A stretch of DNA of 64,000 nucleotides. Origin: Hemiscyllium ocellatum (lineage: Eukaryota). Position 1 is the first letter of the stretch. Every line of letters begins with the position of its first letter. The stretch spans positions 7,626,001-7,690,000 of the forward strand of contig NC_083406.1 in NCBI RefSeq assembly GCF_020745735.1, given 5' to 3'. A program made the translations under genes and the position numbers. Positions 12,514-22,919 of the stretch are shown piece after piece. The notes beneath the pieces are model-generated. The model did not search any database. It had not been told where the DNA came from and saw only the letters and a program-made list of their open reading frames with translations.

Positions 12514-12852
12514 AGGCAGCATGGTGGCTCAGTGCTACCTCATAACGCCAGGGACACGGGTTCAATTCCAGCCTCGGGCGACTATCTGCATGGAGATTGC
12601 ACATTCTCCCCGTGTCTGCATGGGTTTCCTCTGGGTACTCTGCTTTTCTCCCACAATCCAAAGATGTGCAGGTTAGATGAATTGGCCACGCTAAAATGCC
12701 TACAGTGTTCAGAGATGAGTAGGTTAGGTGCATTAGTCAGGGGTAAATATAGAATAATAAGGTAAGGGAATGGGTCTGCGTGAGTTATTCTTTGGAGGGT
12801 CAGTGTGGACTTGTTGGGCCGAAGGGCCTGTTTCCACACTGTAGGGATTCTA
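12514..12852 (+). mobile_element. HE1-type SINE
   Basis: High similarity to 29849-30160, including B box and tail GGGCCGAAGGGCCTGTTTCCACACTGTAGGGATTCTA. Confidence 0.88.
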
Positions 12853-13006
12853 AATGGAACTCTCTCTCCCAGCAGCACTACTTAATGAAATCAACCCTTA
12901 GAAAGTGAACTGAAATAATCTTAAGATATTATAACAGAGCTATCAAATCTAAAAATTGCTTAACAGTATTTTCCCTTCTCCAAATTGCAAGTTTCAAAGT
13001 ACCCAG

Positions 13007-13226
13007 GAGGAAGTGAGGACTGCAGATATTGGAGATCAGAGCTGAAAATGTGTTGCTGGAAAAGCGCAGCAGGTCAGGCTGCGTCAAAGGAACAGGAGAT
13101 TCGACGTTTCGGGCATCAGCCCTTCTTCAGGATTCCTGGAGAAGGGCTGATGCCCGAAACGTCGATTCTCCTGCTCCTTTGATGCTGCCTGACCTGCTGC
13201 ACTTTTCCAGCAACACATTTTTCAGC
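13007..13226. mobile_element. family-A PLE terminal-repeat cassette (inverted pair, hammerhead motifs)
   Basis: ~90-bp near-perfect inverted arms centred at ~13133; perfect 13-bp TSD TCAAAGTACCCAG (12994-13006, 13227-13239); intact hammerhead core on minus strand at 13103-13130. Confidence 0.88.
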
Positions 13227-14915
13227 TCAAAGTACCCAGCACCATATTAACCTTCATATCAAGATATAACAAAAAAGTTCGCATATTACAAGTAATGTAT
13301 CCAATTAATTTTGACGTATCAAAGTTCATTCCATTTTTTGAGATTTTTTTCACCAAATGCGTATACAACATCTTAGAGTAGCGATTTCACTAATATTATT
13401 TAGCACCACAAACATATCCTTGTTGATCTCACTCACAAGGGTAGAAGGGCACCGCAACTTGACTTCCGAAAACCCCTTATGCAGAGAAATTCCCCAGAAT
13501 CATTTGAAAGATAACAGCCAGTTATGTGCAGAATATCTGTAATTATGTTCCTTACAGAAAAGAAGCTTCAAGGGCAGTTAACGGAGGTGTTCAAACTTCT
13601 GAAGAGGTTTGTTGGAAAAGTGAAGGAAAAATCACTAGCAGGTTTGGGAGGGGATGTTGGTAATACTAACAGAGTCATAGAGATGTACAGGACGGAAACC
13701 GATCCTTCAGTCCTACTCGTCCATGCCGACCAGATATACCAAACCAATCTAGTCCCACCTGCCAGCACCCAGCCCCTATCCCTCCAAACCCTTCCTATTC
13801 CAAATGCCTCTTAAATGTTGCAATTGCACCAGCCTCCACCACTTCCTCTGGAAGGTCATTCCATACAGTTATCACTCTCTGGCATATGCATGGTTGGCTA
13901 AATGGTCTCCTGCTAGATGGCACGATTCCACTTCTAATGTGTCAGTTAAATCTTGCTTAATGCCTCCTCCACTGCTTCACAATTATAAAGAAAAGGATAG
14001 TTATTAGCTAGTAAAAGATCAACTAGCAACTTCTGTGTAAGTTATTTCAAGCCAGCTGTTCTGGAATGATAGGTCACATCTCTCAGGAGATGGACTACGG
14101 CCCAGAGTTAGGAACACTACCACTGCACCACAAAAGCCCTCAGCAGCTCTCTGTCATGCTGTGTACGTTTCTGCTTTCGAATCACAGAATCCCCACAGTG
14201 TGGAAGCAGGCCATTCAGCCAATTAGTCCACACCAAGCCTCCAAAGAGCATTTTAAACAGAGCAATCATATTTTTCAGGTTTATTAGACAGTAAAATAAT
14301 GTCCAAATTACTTCTTGCCTACAGTCTCTCAGATAATGAGCTAAATGCTCACAACTGTTATACTGCAAGAAAACAAGCAAAAATAAAATAAAGGAAAAAC
14401 ATAAGGTGATATTGGATCTGCATATGATGATATACACCCACACATCACACAGAATAATATTGTCTAGCATAAGGTCCAAAAACAATGAAACATCTAAGGT
14501 TATGATGACGCTGACAGATCAGCTAAACCTCCACTAACAGTTTGCGAGGTCAGCACAGTTTATCAATATATTCCAGACTAATGTTAAAAAAGTGCAAGAC
14601 AATATCAAACACAAAAGTACCATTTATCACAAGATTATTTCTTGAACAATGGCATACAATCCAGTCTATCACAAGCATGTTTGGAAATTTAAACTCCAAA
14701 CTGAAATTTTTGCATTAATTAGCCTTGTCCCCAGTGAAAAGCAGAATTAACCATTCTGAATCAGCACTATTAATCCCTAGCTGGGTGTCCTCCGCATTTT
14801 ACAAAATTCTCTTTTTATGGCAGGCTAGTTGAGCATCATTTTATTATTGTTAACCAGTTCAGACACATTAGGACACACCTCTGGGGCAGGTGAGACTTAA
14901 ACTTGGATCATCTGG

Positions 14916-15436
14916 TAAGAACGTATAAAGGGTATGAGTAGGTCGGGAAAGAGTTAAGTTCTGAGTTTTGTGAAACAAGAGGTTCAGCTGAGCATGACTC
15001 AGATCAGAGAAGAACTTAGAGTGCTGGAGGCAAGGGGAATGGGTTAACAAGGGTGGAAAAGCATTCATTATGTAGAGCCATTTAACAATATTAGAAGTGT
15101 TCAGTATATAAGGTCAGTTTAACAAGGTGAAAAGTATTCATTAGGTGAAGCCAGTTAAGGTTAAGAACATTCATAGCATAATAGCAGATGACTTAATCTT
15201 TGCTCTTGACACACTCTGATTGTAAAGGTCACCCAATCAATATGTATATTGCCTTATATGTGTGTGTTCCTCCCTGTATAGTCACTGCTATTCCAGAGAA
15301 GACAGAGAACTCATGTCTCTGAGCACATGGCTGATCATTCTCTCTCCTTCCAGGGCCTGGAATAAAGATGAAGGAGGTAAAACTACAACGTGTTTCTGAG
15401 CATTTTGTTTCAACTGAGGGCGAAAATGGGATGACA
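14916..15436 (+). mobile_element. solo LTR inserted in a short SINE
   Basis: Interrupts the SINE, which resumes at 15437; flanked by CTGG(T) direct repeats (14912, 15437); AATAAA at 15361; ends ...TGACA. Confidence 0.65.
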
Positions 15437-16029
15437 CTGGTTCAGAGATAGGAACATTGCTAGTATGTCAAAAGCCCCTGTTTGGAGTGCTGTTTGTACA
15501 TAATATGGTCTAGTCAATTACTAGGAAAAGATTAATTATTTAACAATAGCTATTGATTTAAATTAACAAAACACTTACTTTCATTTAATGTTACATCATC
15601 AGGTATTGAACATTAACAGGAAATAATAGATGGATACTGCATTGGCTGTACCTACATATTAATCCTAGATGACAGATTACTTAATAACTTCTATTTAACC
15701 ATTAATGGCTTTATCAGTATTATTCAAGACTTAGTATTCATTTTTTGGTACATGAAAGTTGAACCCTATGGATTAAGTTTACAAAACATTAGCATGCTTG
15801 AGCAAAAAAAAATTACAGATGACTGCCAGGAACTAATTTATACCTAATATGTTGTACAGTCTGTTATTCTCACTAAATTATACACCTGATTAATTTCAAC
15901 TGTTTGTTAATCAGGAGTTATGAGCTGCTGAAATTAATGTGCTACTGACACTTGTGTTGTGCAAGAGCTTTCAAGTGAAAAATTCAAATCTTGTCAAGTC
16001 TTCTAGACTGAACAGTTTTATGGCCATAA

Positions 16030-16780
16030 CAGACAGGAGGTACTTTGTACACTAGAGAGAGGAGGAGATTAGGCTGAGAATGCAACGTGAACATGTGGTG
16101 AAAGTGGAGGTAGGTCGGAGATTTGGAGGAGGGTGGAGCAGATAGTTTGCCTTTCCTTTTGTTTACTCTGATCTTTATTAATGCGTTCAAGTTTGTGCAT
16201 CCTCTTAACACTTTGCTTGTTTCCTGTGTTGTGATGTATTGCTTTGTTGGTTACTTATGTTTTGTTTTGTGTTCGCTGTTGGCCTTCGGAATCGGGACTA
16301 CCTGTACATGCAAATCCAATGTCTCCCGGTACCACATGCTTGATCATGAAAAGATGGGCATCAATTGGGTAGGTATGACCAATCTTGTTAAAGATTTTGT
16401 TGATTTGATGTACTGTGCTGTCCGTAGCTTTCGTGTTGGCAATACCCAAGGCATCCAATTGTTGGTCAAGCTGTCACTATGGCTTCATACGTATGCCTTT
16501 CCCCAAGTAATGTCCTTTCTCTTGCCCAAAAGATTCTTCCAAAAGGCTTTAATTGCAACAACTAACTTAATGACCCTCTCTTACAGTCCCTCTCTGAAAA
16601 GTTCCTCTCTTGACCTTTTGCTGCATCATCTTTTAATAATTTAGTCAAGCATTCTTAGAATTACTGTCTGTGTAACAAGTTAGAGTCTGGTGATCCTGAG
16701 TTAGTTGTAACTTTGGGTTGGTTTTTGAACACCTTCCAAATCTTTTCTGGATTTCTCTCATCCATAGAAAAAAGTAAGAT
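16030..16780 (-). mobile_element. decayed Gypsy-type gag fragment
   Basis: Broken minus-strand reading DERNPEKIWKVFKNQPKV...ERVIKLVVA..AFWKNLL...EAIVTA..LDALG resembles vertebrate Gypsy gag; many stops and frameshifts. Confidence 0.4.
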
Positions 16781-16785
16781 TTTTT

Positions 16786-17024
16786 TAGATTAGATTCGAT
16801 TCCCTACAGTGTGGAAACAGGCCCTGCGGTCCAACAAGTCCACACCGACCCTCTGACGAGTAACCCACTCAGACCTCATTTCACTTATTTACCCCTGACT
16901 AATGCACCTAACACTATGGGCAATTTAGCGTGGCAATTCACCAACCTGCACATCTTTTGGAATGTGGGAAGAATGTGGGAAGCACCCAGAGGAAACCCAT
17001 GCAGCCATGGGGAGAATATGCAAA
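16786..17024 (-). mobile_element. HE1-type SINE, truncated
   Basis: Reverse complement of SINE core and tail (TAGATTAGATT...CCCTACAGTGTGGAAACAGGCCC). Confidence 0.85.
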
Positions 17025-18680
17025 CTATATTGAGGTTTCTGCTGTGCTTGAATCCACCTTCAAGATTCTGCATTGTACCACTATAAGCCACGTGTAAATT
17101 AAAACTGCTATTCCACTTGGTCCCTTTAAAAGATTCCTTTTTTTAAAAACTATTGTCGACTTGTCATTTATGAATTGCCTCTGGCAGTAACAGGTTTCTG
17201 CCTGTAGTTGGTATTCACACTAAAGATGAAATGATGACATCATATAGGTCTGGACACAACTTTTTATAAATGTAGAAAACCAATTTTTTTTGTGTATATA
17301 AGCTGTATTCTCTTTCTGAAAGATTTTGGAGCCTTGCTTTCAGGATTATATAGCTACTGTTTTTATTTTAACTTCGATTAGCAGACTCTCAGGTGAATTT
17401 TTTCAGAGAGAGAGCAAGGTAAGAGTATTTACTGTGCTTCAGTGCAGATCTAAAACCTTTAGATGTGATTGCATTTGTAACTTCAGGCTTTTTATTTTAA
17501 AGTAAAGCATTCTTAATAATTTCTGTTATCTTTAAATAAACTGATACTGTAACAAAAATAAAATTAAGTTCTGTTTTCTCAGTTTTTAATGGTCTATCTG
17601 CACATTTGTACAGTCATCTGTATTCAGAGAAGCTGCCACTGCTGATTGTTCAAATTCTCTGATCCTAAGGCTACTGTTTCATTGGCCTTTGATTAGTTTT
17701 CCAACTATCAACCATCCAGTTTTGAAGGTCAAATAAATATGGCTGTTGCTACTAATCATCATGTAAGTTTACCACCATTGGGGTGTATTACCTGAATGGT
17801 CAAAGTTTTCTAAGCCTAAAGTAACCTATGAAACTGGGCATGCATATCATGATATTGAAAAATCCAGATGTTTGTTTAGGCTAGATATGCTATACAAAAA
17901 TTACAACCACAGGTACATAGGTCTCTGAGCTAACATTAAGGCATTAGATTAAAACTGAGCAGAATACTTCAAGTAGCGTGTTGTGCATCTCCGAACCAAT
18001 GCCATCTACAAGCTTACTGATGACACCACCATGAGAGGACAGATATCAAACAAAGAGGAGTTAGAATACAGGAAGGAGATCGAGGGCTTAGTGTCCTGGT
18101 ACAGTGATAATAATCCCTCTTAATATCAGCAAAACAAAAGAAATGGTCACTGAGTTCAGGAGGAAAGGAGGAGGGCATGCCCCTATTTACATCAACAGAG
18201 CTGAGGTAGAGGGGTTCCAAAGGGTCAAATTCCCAGAAGTGACAATAACTGACAATCTGCCCTGGGCTCCCCAAGTGGATGCAATGGTCAGGAAGGCACA
18301 ACAACACCTCTTCTTCCTCAGGCAGCTCAGTAAATTTGGCATGTCCAAAAGGACCCTCACCACCTTTTACAGATGCACCATTGAAAACATACTGTCCGGG
18401 TGCATAACGGCCTGGTGTGGCAACTGCTCTACCCAGACCATAGGAAACTACAGAAAGTTGTGCACAGTCCAAACCATCATGAAAGCCAACTTTCCATCCA
18501 TGGACTCCATTTTCACTTCCCATTGCCATGGAAAGGCTGCCATCAAAGACCTTTTCCACCCTGGGAATACTCTCTTACAACCTCTTCCATCAGGCACAAG
18601 ATACAGAAGACTGAACATGCACACCAATGGTTCAAGAACAGCTTCTTTCCTGCTGTTGTTATTAGACTTCTGAATGGACA

Positions 18681-18764
18681 GGGAGGAAGTAAGGACTGCA
18701 GATGCTGGAGACCACTATTCACTCCACCCTTCTCTCTGACCTATTACCTTCACCACCCACTTTC

Positions 18765-18799
<35 letters not shown>

Positions 18800-18917
18800 G
18801 CATTCCCAGCTACGTTCCCCCCAGCCTCATACCCCCCACCACCCAATGAAGGGCTAATGCTCGAAACGTCGATTCTCCTGCTCCTTGGATGCTGCCTGAC
18901 CAGCTGTGCTTTTCCAG
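18681..18917. mobile_element. family-A cassette inserted in Rex1/Babar 3' region
   Basis: Inverted terminus, (CTAT)n, then TGAAGGGCTAATGCTCGAAACGTCGATTCTCC; degenerate TSD TCTGAATGGAC/TCTGAACGAAC. Confidence 0.75.
18766..18799 (+). repeat. (CTAT)n microsatellite
   Basis: Direct observation. Confidence 0.95.
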
Positions 18918-20309
18918 CTCTGAACGAACCTCTCTAACTTCAAAGATTGCTGATCTTGCTTTGTGCACATCCTGTACAGCTGTAACCTGCATGCTCTGAT
19001 CTGTCTAAGCACCCTATATCTGTATGCCCTTATTTGTTATGGTCTGCCTGTACTGCTCACAAAGAAAACAAAACTTTTCACTGTACTTTATACATGTGAC
19101 CACAATAAATCAAATTAAACTGATCCAGATGCAAAATGGAGTATGATCCATTTATTCCCTCAGATCAGATATTCTGACACACAGTGATGACATCACACAA
19201 TGTCCCTTAAAGATACACTAGTATGCTGATAATGAGACAGAACTTAACACAGACTCAGCAAGTACAGTCTTGAAATAATTTAATTTAGAGGTAATAAATA
19301 CATCTATGATGATTTCAGCAGCAGTTGAGTTAAGGCAGGGTCGGATTCTCAGCACCATCTCAACATGGATCAAATATATATTGTAGCTTTAGCCATTCAG
19401 AAGCTATAGCAACCTGGTCAGTTTCAAAACATATTTCAATTCAGAAACTTGATCTAATCTAAGCTGACACTCCTCGTACAGTACCATGGCAATGTTGATC
19501 ACAGGGTTTGACCACGATAACAATGGAACTTATGTTCATTTTGCATCTTAAAGTAGTTCAGCATCACAAGACAATTTTTTTTTTAAAGAAGTTCAGTCAC
19601 TAAAGGAATTTACTATGAGCCAGAGGAGGAAACATTATGATAGTGAGCAAAAATTTATTCAAAGAGGGACCTTTAAGGGGCACCTTTAAAAGGAATAGTA
19701 AGAGATGGAGAGGTTGAGTGAATTCCAGAGCCTTGGCTCGAGTCTTGAAAGTAGATGCTCTCACAGAAACATAATACAAAAAGATTAACCAAACATATTT
19801 CAATTATTGACAAACTCTTGTACACCAAACACAAGACCTTTAAGTAGTTCTGGACTCAATTAGGGCTCACTCAGTCTGGTGCAGCCGAAGTAAATGCCGT
19901 GCACACTTTCACAGCTCTGACCTGCATGTGACTTTACAGGGATTTCTGCTTTTTCACATGGTCTCATGTTCACAGTGCAATGTGCAAACTGCAACTGAGT
20001 CAGAGGGGAGTGAAGGCAGGCCAGTTAAGGGAGTGTTGTTGCTCTGACACACCCCCAGCTCCCAACATTGTCTAAAGGTCCCATAAACTTCACTCAACCT
20101 CTGCACTTCACACACCACCCCACCACTATTTCACATCCTCAACAAGTCCACTTCTGTGAGCCCCATATATCCTCTATGACCACTCACCCAGTAGATACAA
20201 TCTCCAGAGCCATGAAACATAATGGTAATTACTGCAAAGTAATGGGAATAGGATTTGTGCACTGAAACACACTTCTGTGTGGAGAGGAGGGGAAAAAACA
20301 AAATGCAGG

Positions 20310-21300
20310 ATCTCTCAGAAGCCTGGATAGGCTGGGACGTTTTCACTGGAGTGTAGGGAGGTTGAGAGGCGACCTGGTAGCAGTTTATAAAATAATGAGG
20401 GGAATAGATAGAGTTAATGGTTGCTGTTTTTTTTTCCCTTGGATGGGGATTCCAAGACTAGGGGGCACACTTTTAAAAGGTGAGAGGAGAGAGATTTTAA
20501 AAAGACGTAAGAGGCTTTTTTTTTACAGAGGGGGTGGTTCGCGTGTGAAATGAACTTCCTGAGAAAGTACTGAATGTGAGTACAATTACATTTAAAAGAT
20601 ATTTGAATAGCTACATTAGGAAATATTTGGAGGAATATGCGCCAGGAACAGGCAGGTGGGACTAGTTTAGTTTGGAATTATGTTCGGCATTGACTGGTTG
20701 GAATGAAGGGTCTATTTCCATGCTGTATCACTCTATGATTCTAAAAACCATAAACCCTTAGACATGATACAGCACAGAAGAGGGCCATTTAGCCCATCTT
20801 GTCCATGCTGACCAAAGACATCTGGATGCCCTTTCTAATCCCATTTTCCTATCCTTAGCTTTGCAGCTTAAAGCACTTAAAGTGCAGATCCAGGTCCTTT
20901 GTGAAAAAGAGAGTTTAGAGTCTCTCCCTCCACAGACAGCAAATTCCAGACATCTGCCAGTTTCTGCATGGAAAGAGTCTTTTCTCATGTCCCCTCTAAT
21001 CCTTCTGCCACTTAGATTCAAGCTATGCACCTAGTTTTTGAAGTCCTTACCAAGGGAAACTCATGTCTACTCTATCTCTGCCCCACAGTTTTGTATACTT
21101 CAATCACGTTACCTTTCAGCCTTCTCTGTTCCAAGGAAAACAACTCCAACTTCTGCCATCTCTCCTCGAAGTTACAATTCTCCAGCCCTCGCAACATTCT
21201 AATAAATCTGCTCTGCACTCTCTCCAGAGTGATTACCTTCTTCCTTTATAGTATGGTGACTAGAACTGCCCACAATATTTCAGTTGTAGCCTTATCGTTG
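20310..21300. mobile_element. two tail-to-tail CR1 3' fragments (+ 20310-20745; - 20760-21300)
   Basis: LRGDLVAVYKIMRGIDRV on plus; LSGRRIRGDMRK on minus; CR1 tails facing each other. Confidence 0.8.
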
Positions 21301-21878
21301 TCTTACAAGTTAATACATAAATAATGCATAGCACATGTTAGTAAATTTAAGACCAGGATTTTTTTTCTATGCTGAAAAGATATAGCTCTGGCTGTTCTCT
21401 CTGGTGCCCTGTCCCCTGAGGAAACTGGCAAACCAACACTGAAGTCAGCACATAAGACTGTTCTGGTTGAGAAGTCCAAGCATACAGCTACACAAAAACT
21501 GACAGAGCAAGAAAGTGCTCAGGGAACTACAAGCAGCCAATGTTATTTTCAGATACTTCGGATTTCAGCCAATTCACTGAAATAAAATGAGATTCAATGC
21601 AAGGGTTGGGAACCATTGAACATCATTGGTATTTCAAGACTCAGTATAACATTGACACAAACTGACTCATTAAAATGAAGTTTGCTTCACATCGGCCTTC
21701 TGTCAGGATTCCGGATCTCAGGTGCTGCTTCATCCTTCCTTGTAAATTTTGGACAACGAGCACAAATAAAATTTTACACAGCTGCACTTATTCTCCTTTA
21801 TGAATAACCAACTATTTTAATGGCGCTCAAAGAGTCCCTGAGAAAATCTTTGCTATGAGTGTGAAATGATCATCTTAC

Positions 21879-21950
21879 CTCGTGTGTGTCTTCCATGCCA
21901 TTATTTGTAAATTCAAATACAACTTCATTTTGTCCAACTGCGGTCGCCAT
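21879..21950 (-). CDS. ELF1: ELF1 first coding exon (coding part, 24 codons)
   Basis: Minus-strand translation MATAVGQNEVVFEFTNNGMEDTHE matches the ELF1 N-terminus as I recall it (human MAAVVQQNDLVFEFASNVMEDERQ, also 72 nt). Kozak context GCCATGG; phase-0 donor GAG|GTAAGA at 21878. Confidence 0.95.
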
Positions 21951-22250
21951 GGCAGTGCATTCCTTGTGCTTTAGCAAGTAAGGTGTTCCACTTAATACTG
22001 GACAAAATGCAAGGGAGGTCTTTCTCCTCAAAAGGTGTCAGCTTCCATCACAATTAAAACATTTCAGTTCATCGCTACTTTGGAAGAGGTGGCGCACAAA
22101 TGGAAGCCTTTGGGTTCAATACAAGATCCAAAGAAATGGGGGATTCCCACAATGGCAAAAGGACCGTCAAACTTCAGGAGGAGGGAGCAGCAAATCCTTA
22201 ACCTGGATCAAATTTCCGCATTTAACCTTTGTTTTGAAGACCAAGTTGTC
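21951..22250 (-). other. ELF1: ELF1 5' UTR portion of first coding exon
   Basis: Strong acceptor tactttttattttcAG at 22251-22252; unique, repeat-free sequence between it and the ATG. Confidence 0.7.
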
Positions 22251-22524
22251 CTGAAAATAAAAAGTATCATTTAAAACAAATTTCAAATGGAGGAAAGCTT
22301 AACAAGAGTCAAATGAATCATGTCGATCTGGTAGTTTCCTTCGTTTCTTGTAAATCAGCAGCGACATATAGCATGGCTAGAGTTTGAAGACCACTGCTTG
22401 TTCCAAGTTGAATTAACACAACCAAAACAAAGACAATAATCACATTGTTTTTACACTAAGCAGAGAGAGTTGCCTTGCTCATCAAATGCTGTCAGGGTAA
22501 CTTTATAAACGTTGTTTTACTAAC

Positions 22525-22890
22525 CTTCTCAGAAGAGTCTTGGTGAGTTTTGTTTGTGCAAAGCAAGCTTGAGCTGTTGTTTCCTTATCTCTGTTCCAAC
22601 CTTGCAAGAAGCAGGAAGGAAGCAGCACTAGCTACGTCATGGCAAAGCCAAAACTGCAAACAAATTCTCTCTGGGCCCACGTGAGAAATAAAAAGCTGCA
22701 GTTCAGGCAGAGTGGAAAATAAGTCATTGGCTAGTTTAACGTTCAACATTTCATAATTTTCCTCTGGGCAGAAGCACGTGGTTAGGTTTGACCAGAATTA
22801 TACTCTGCAAAGAGAGGTCCAACTGTTAACCTCTCTGGTATCAGCAGTTATTTTTGTAAATTGGCCATGATGTACCACACAGTATGATAA
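22525..22890 (-). promoter_or_regulatory. candidate proximal ELF1 promoter / short alternative first exon
   Basis: Donor-like AAG|GTTAGT at 22524, GATA site (22584-22589), ETS CAGGAAG (22612-22618), CRE-like TACGTCAT (22633-22640) and two CACGTG E-boxes (22678, 22775) in non-repeat DNA. Confidence 0.4.
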
Positions 22891-22919
22891 ATCCATAACT
22901 AAAATAATTTATTTAACAA

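Larger units (their letters stand above)
18005..19118 (+). mobile_element. Rex1/Babar LINE 3' fragment
   Basis: LNISKTKEMV.EFRR...KAQQHLFFLRQLSKFGMSKRTLTTFYRCTIENILSGCITAW.GNC; 3' stem-loop TTTTCACTGTAC..TACATGTGAC..AATAAATCAAAT. Confidence 0.85.

Noticed and set aside
13040-13228. DNA-transposon MITE or miRNA gene interpretation of the hairpins
   Set aside because: Arm lengths vary between copies, TSDs are long and variable, single-arm copies exist, and the repeats are attached to PLE coding sequence.
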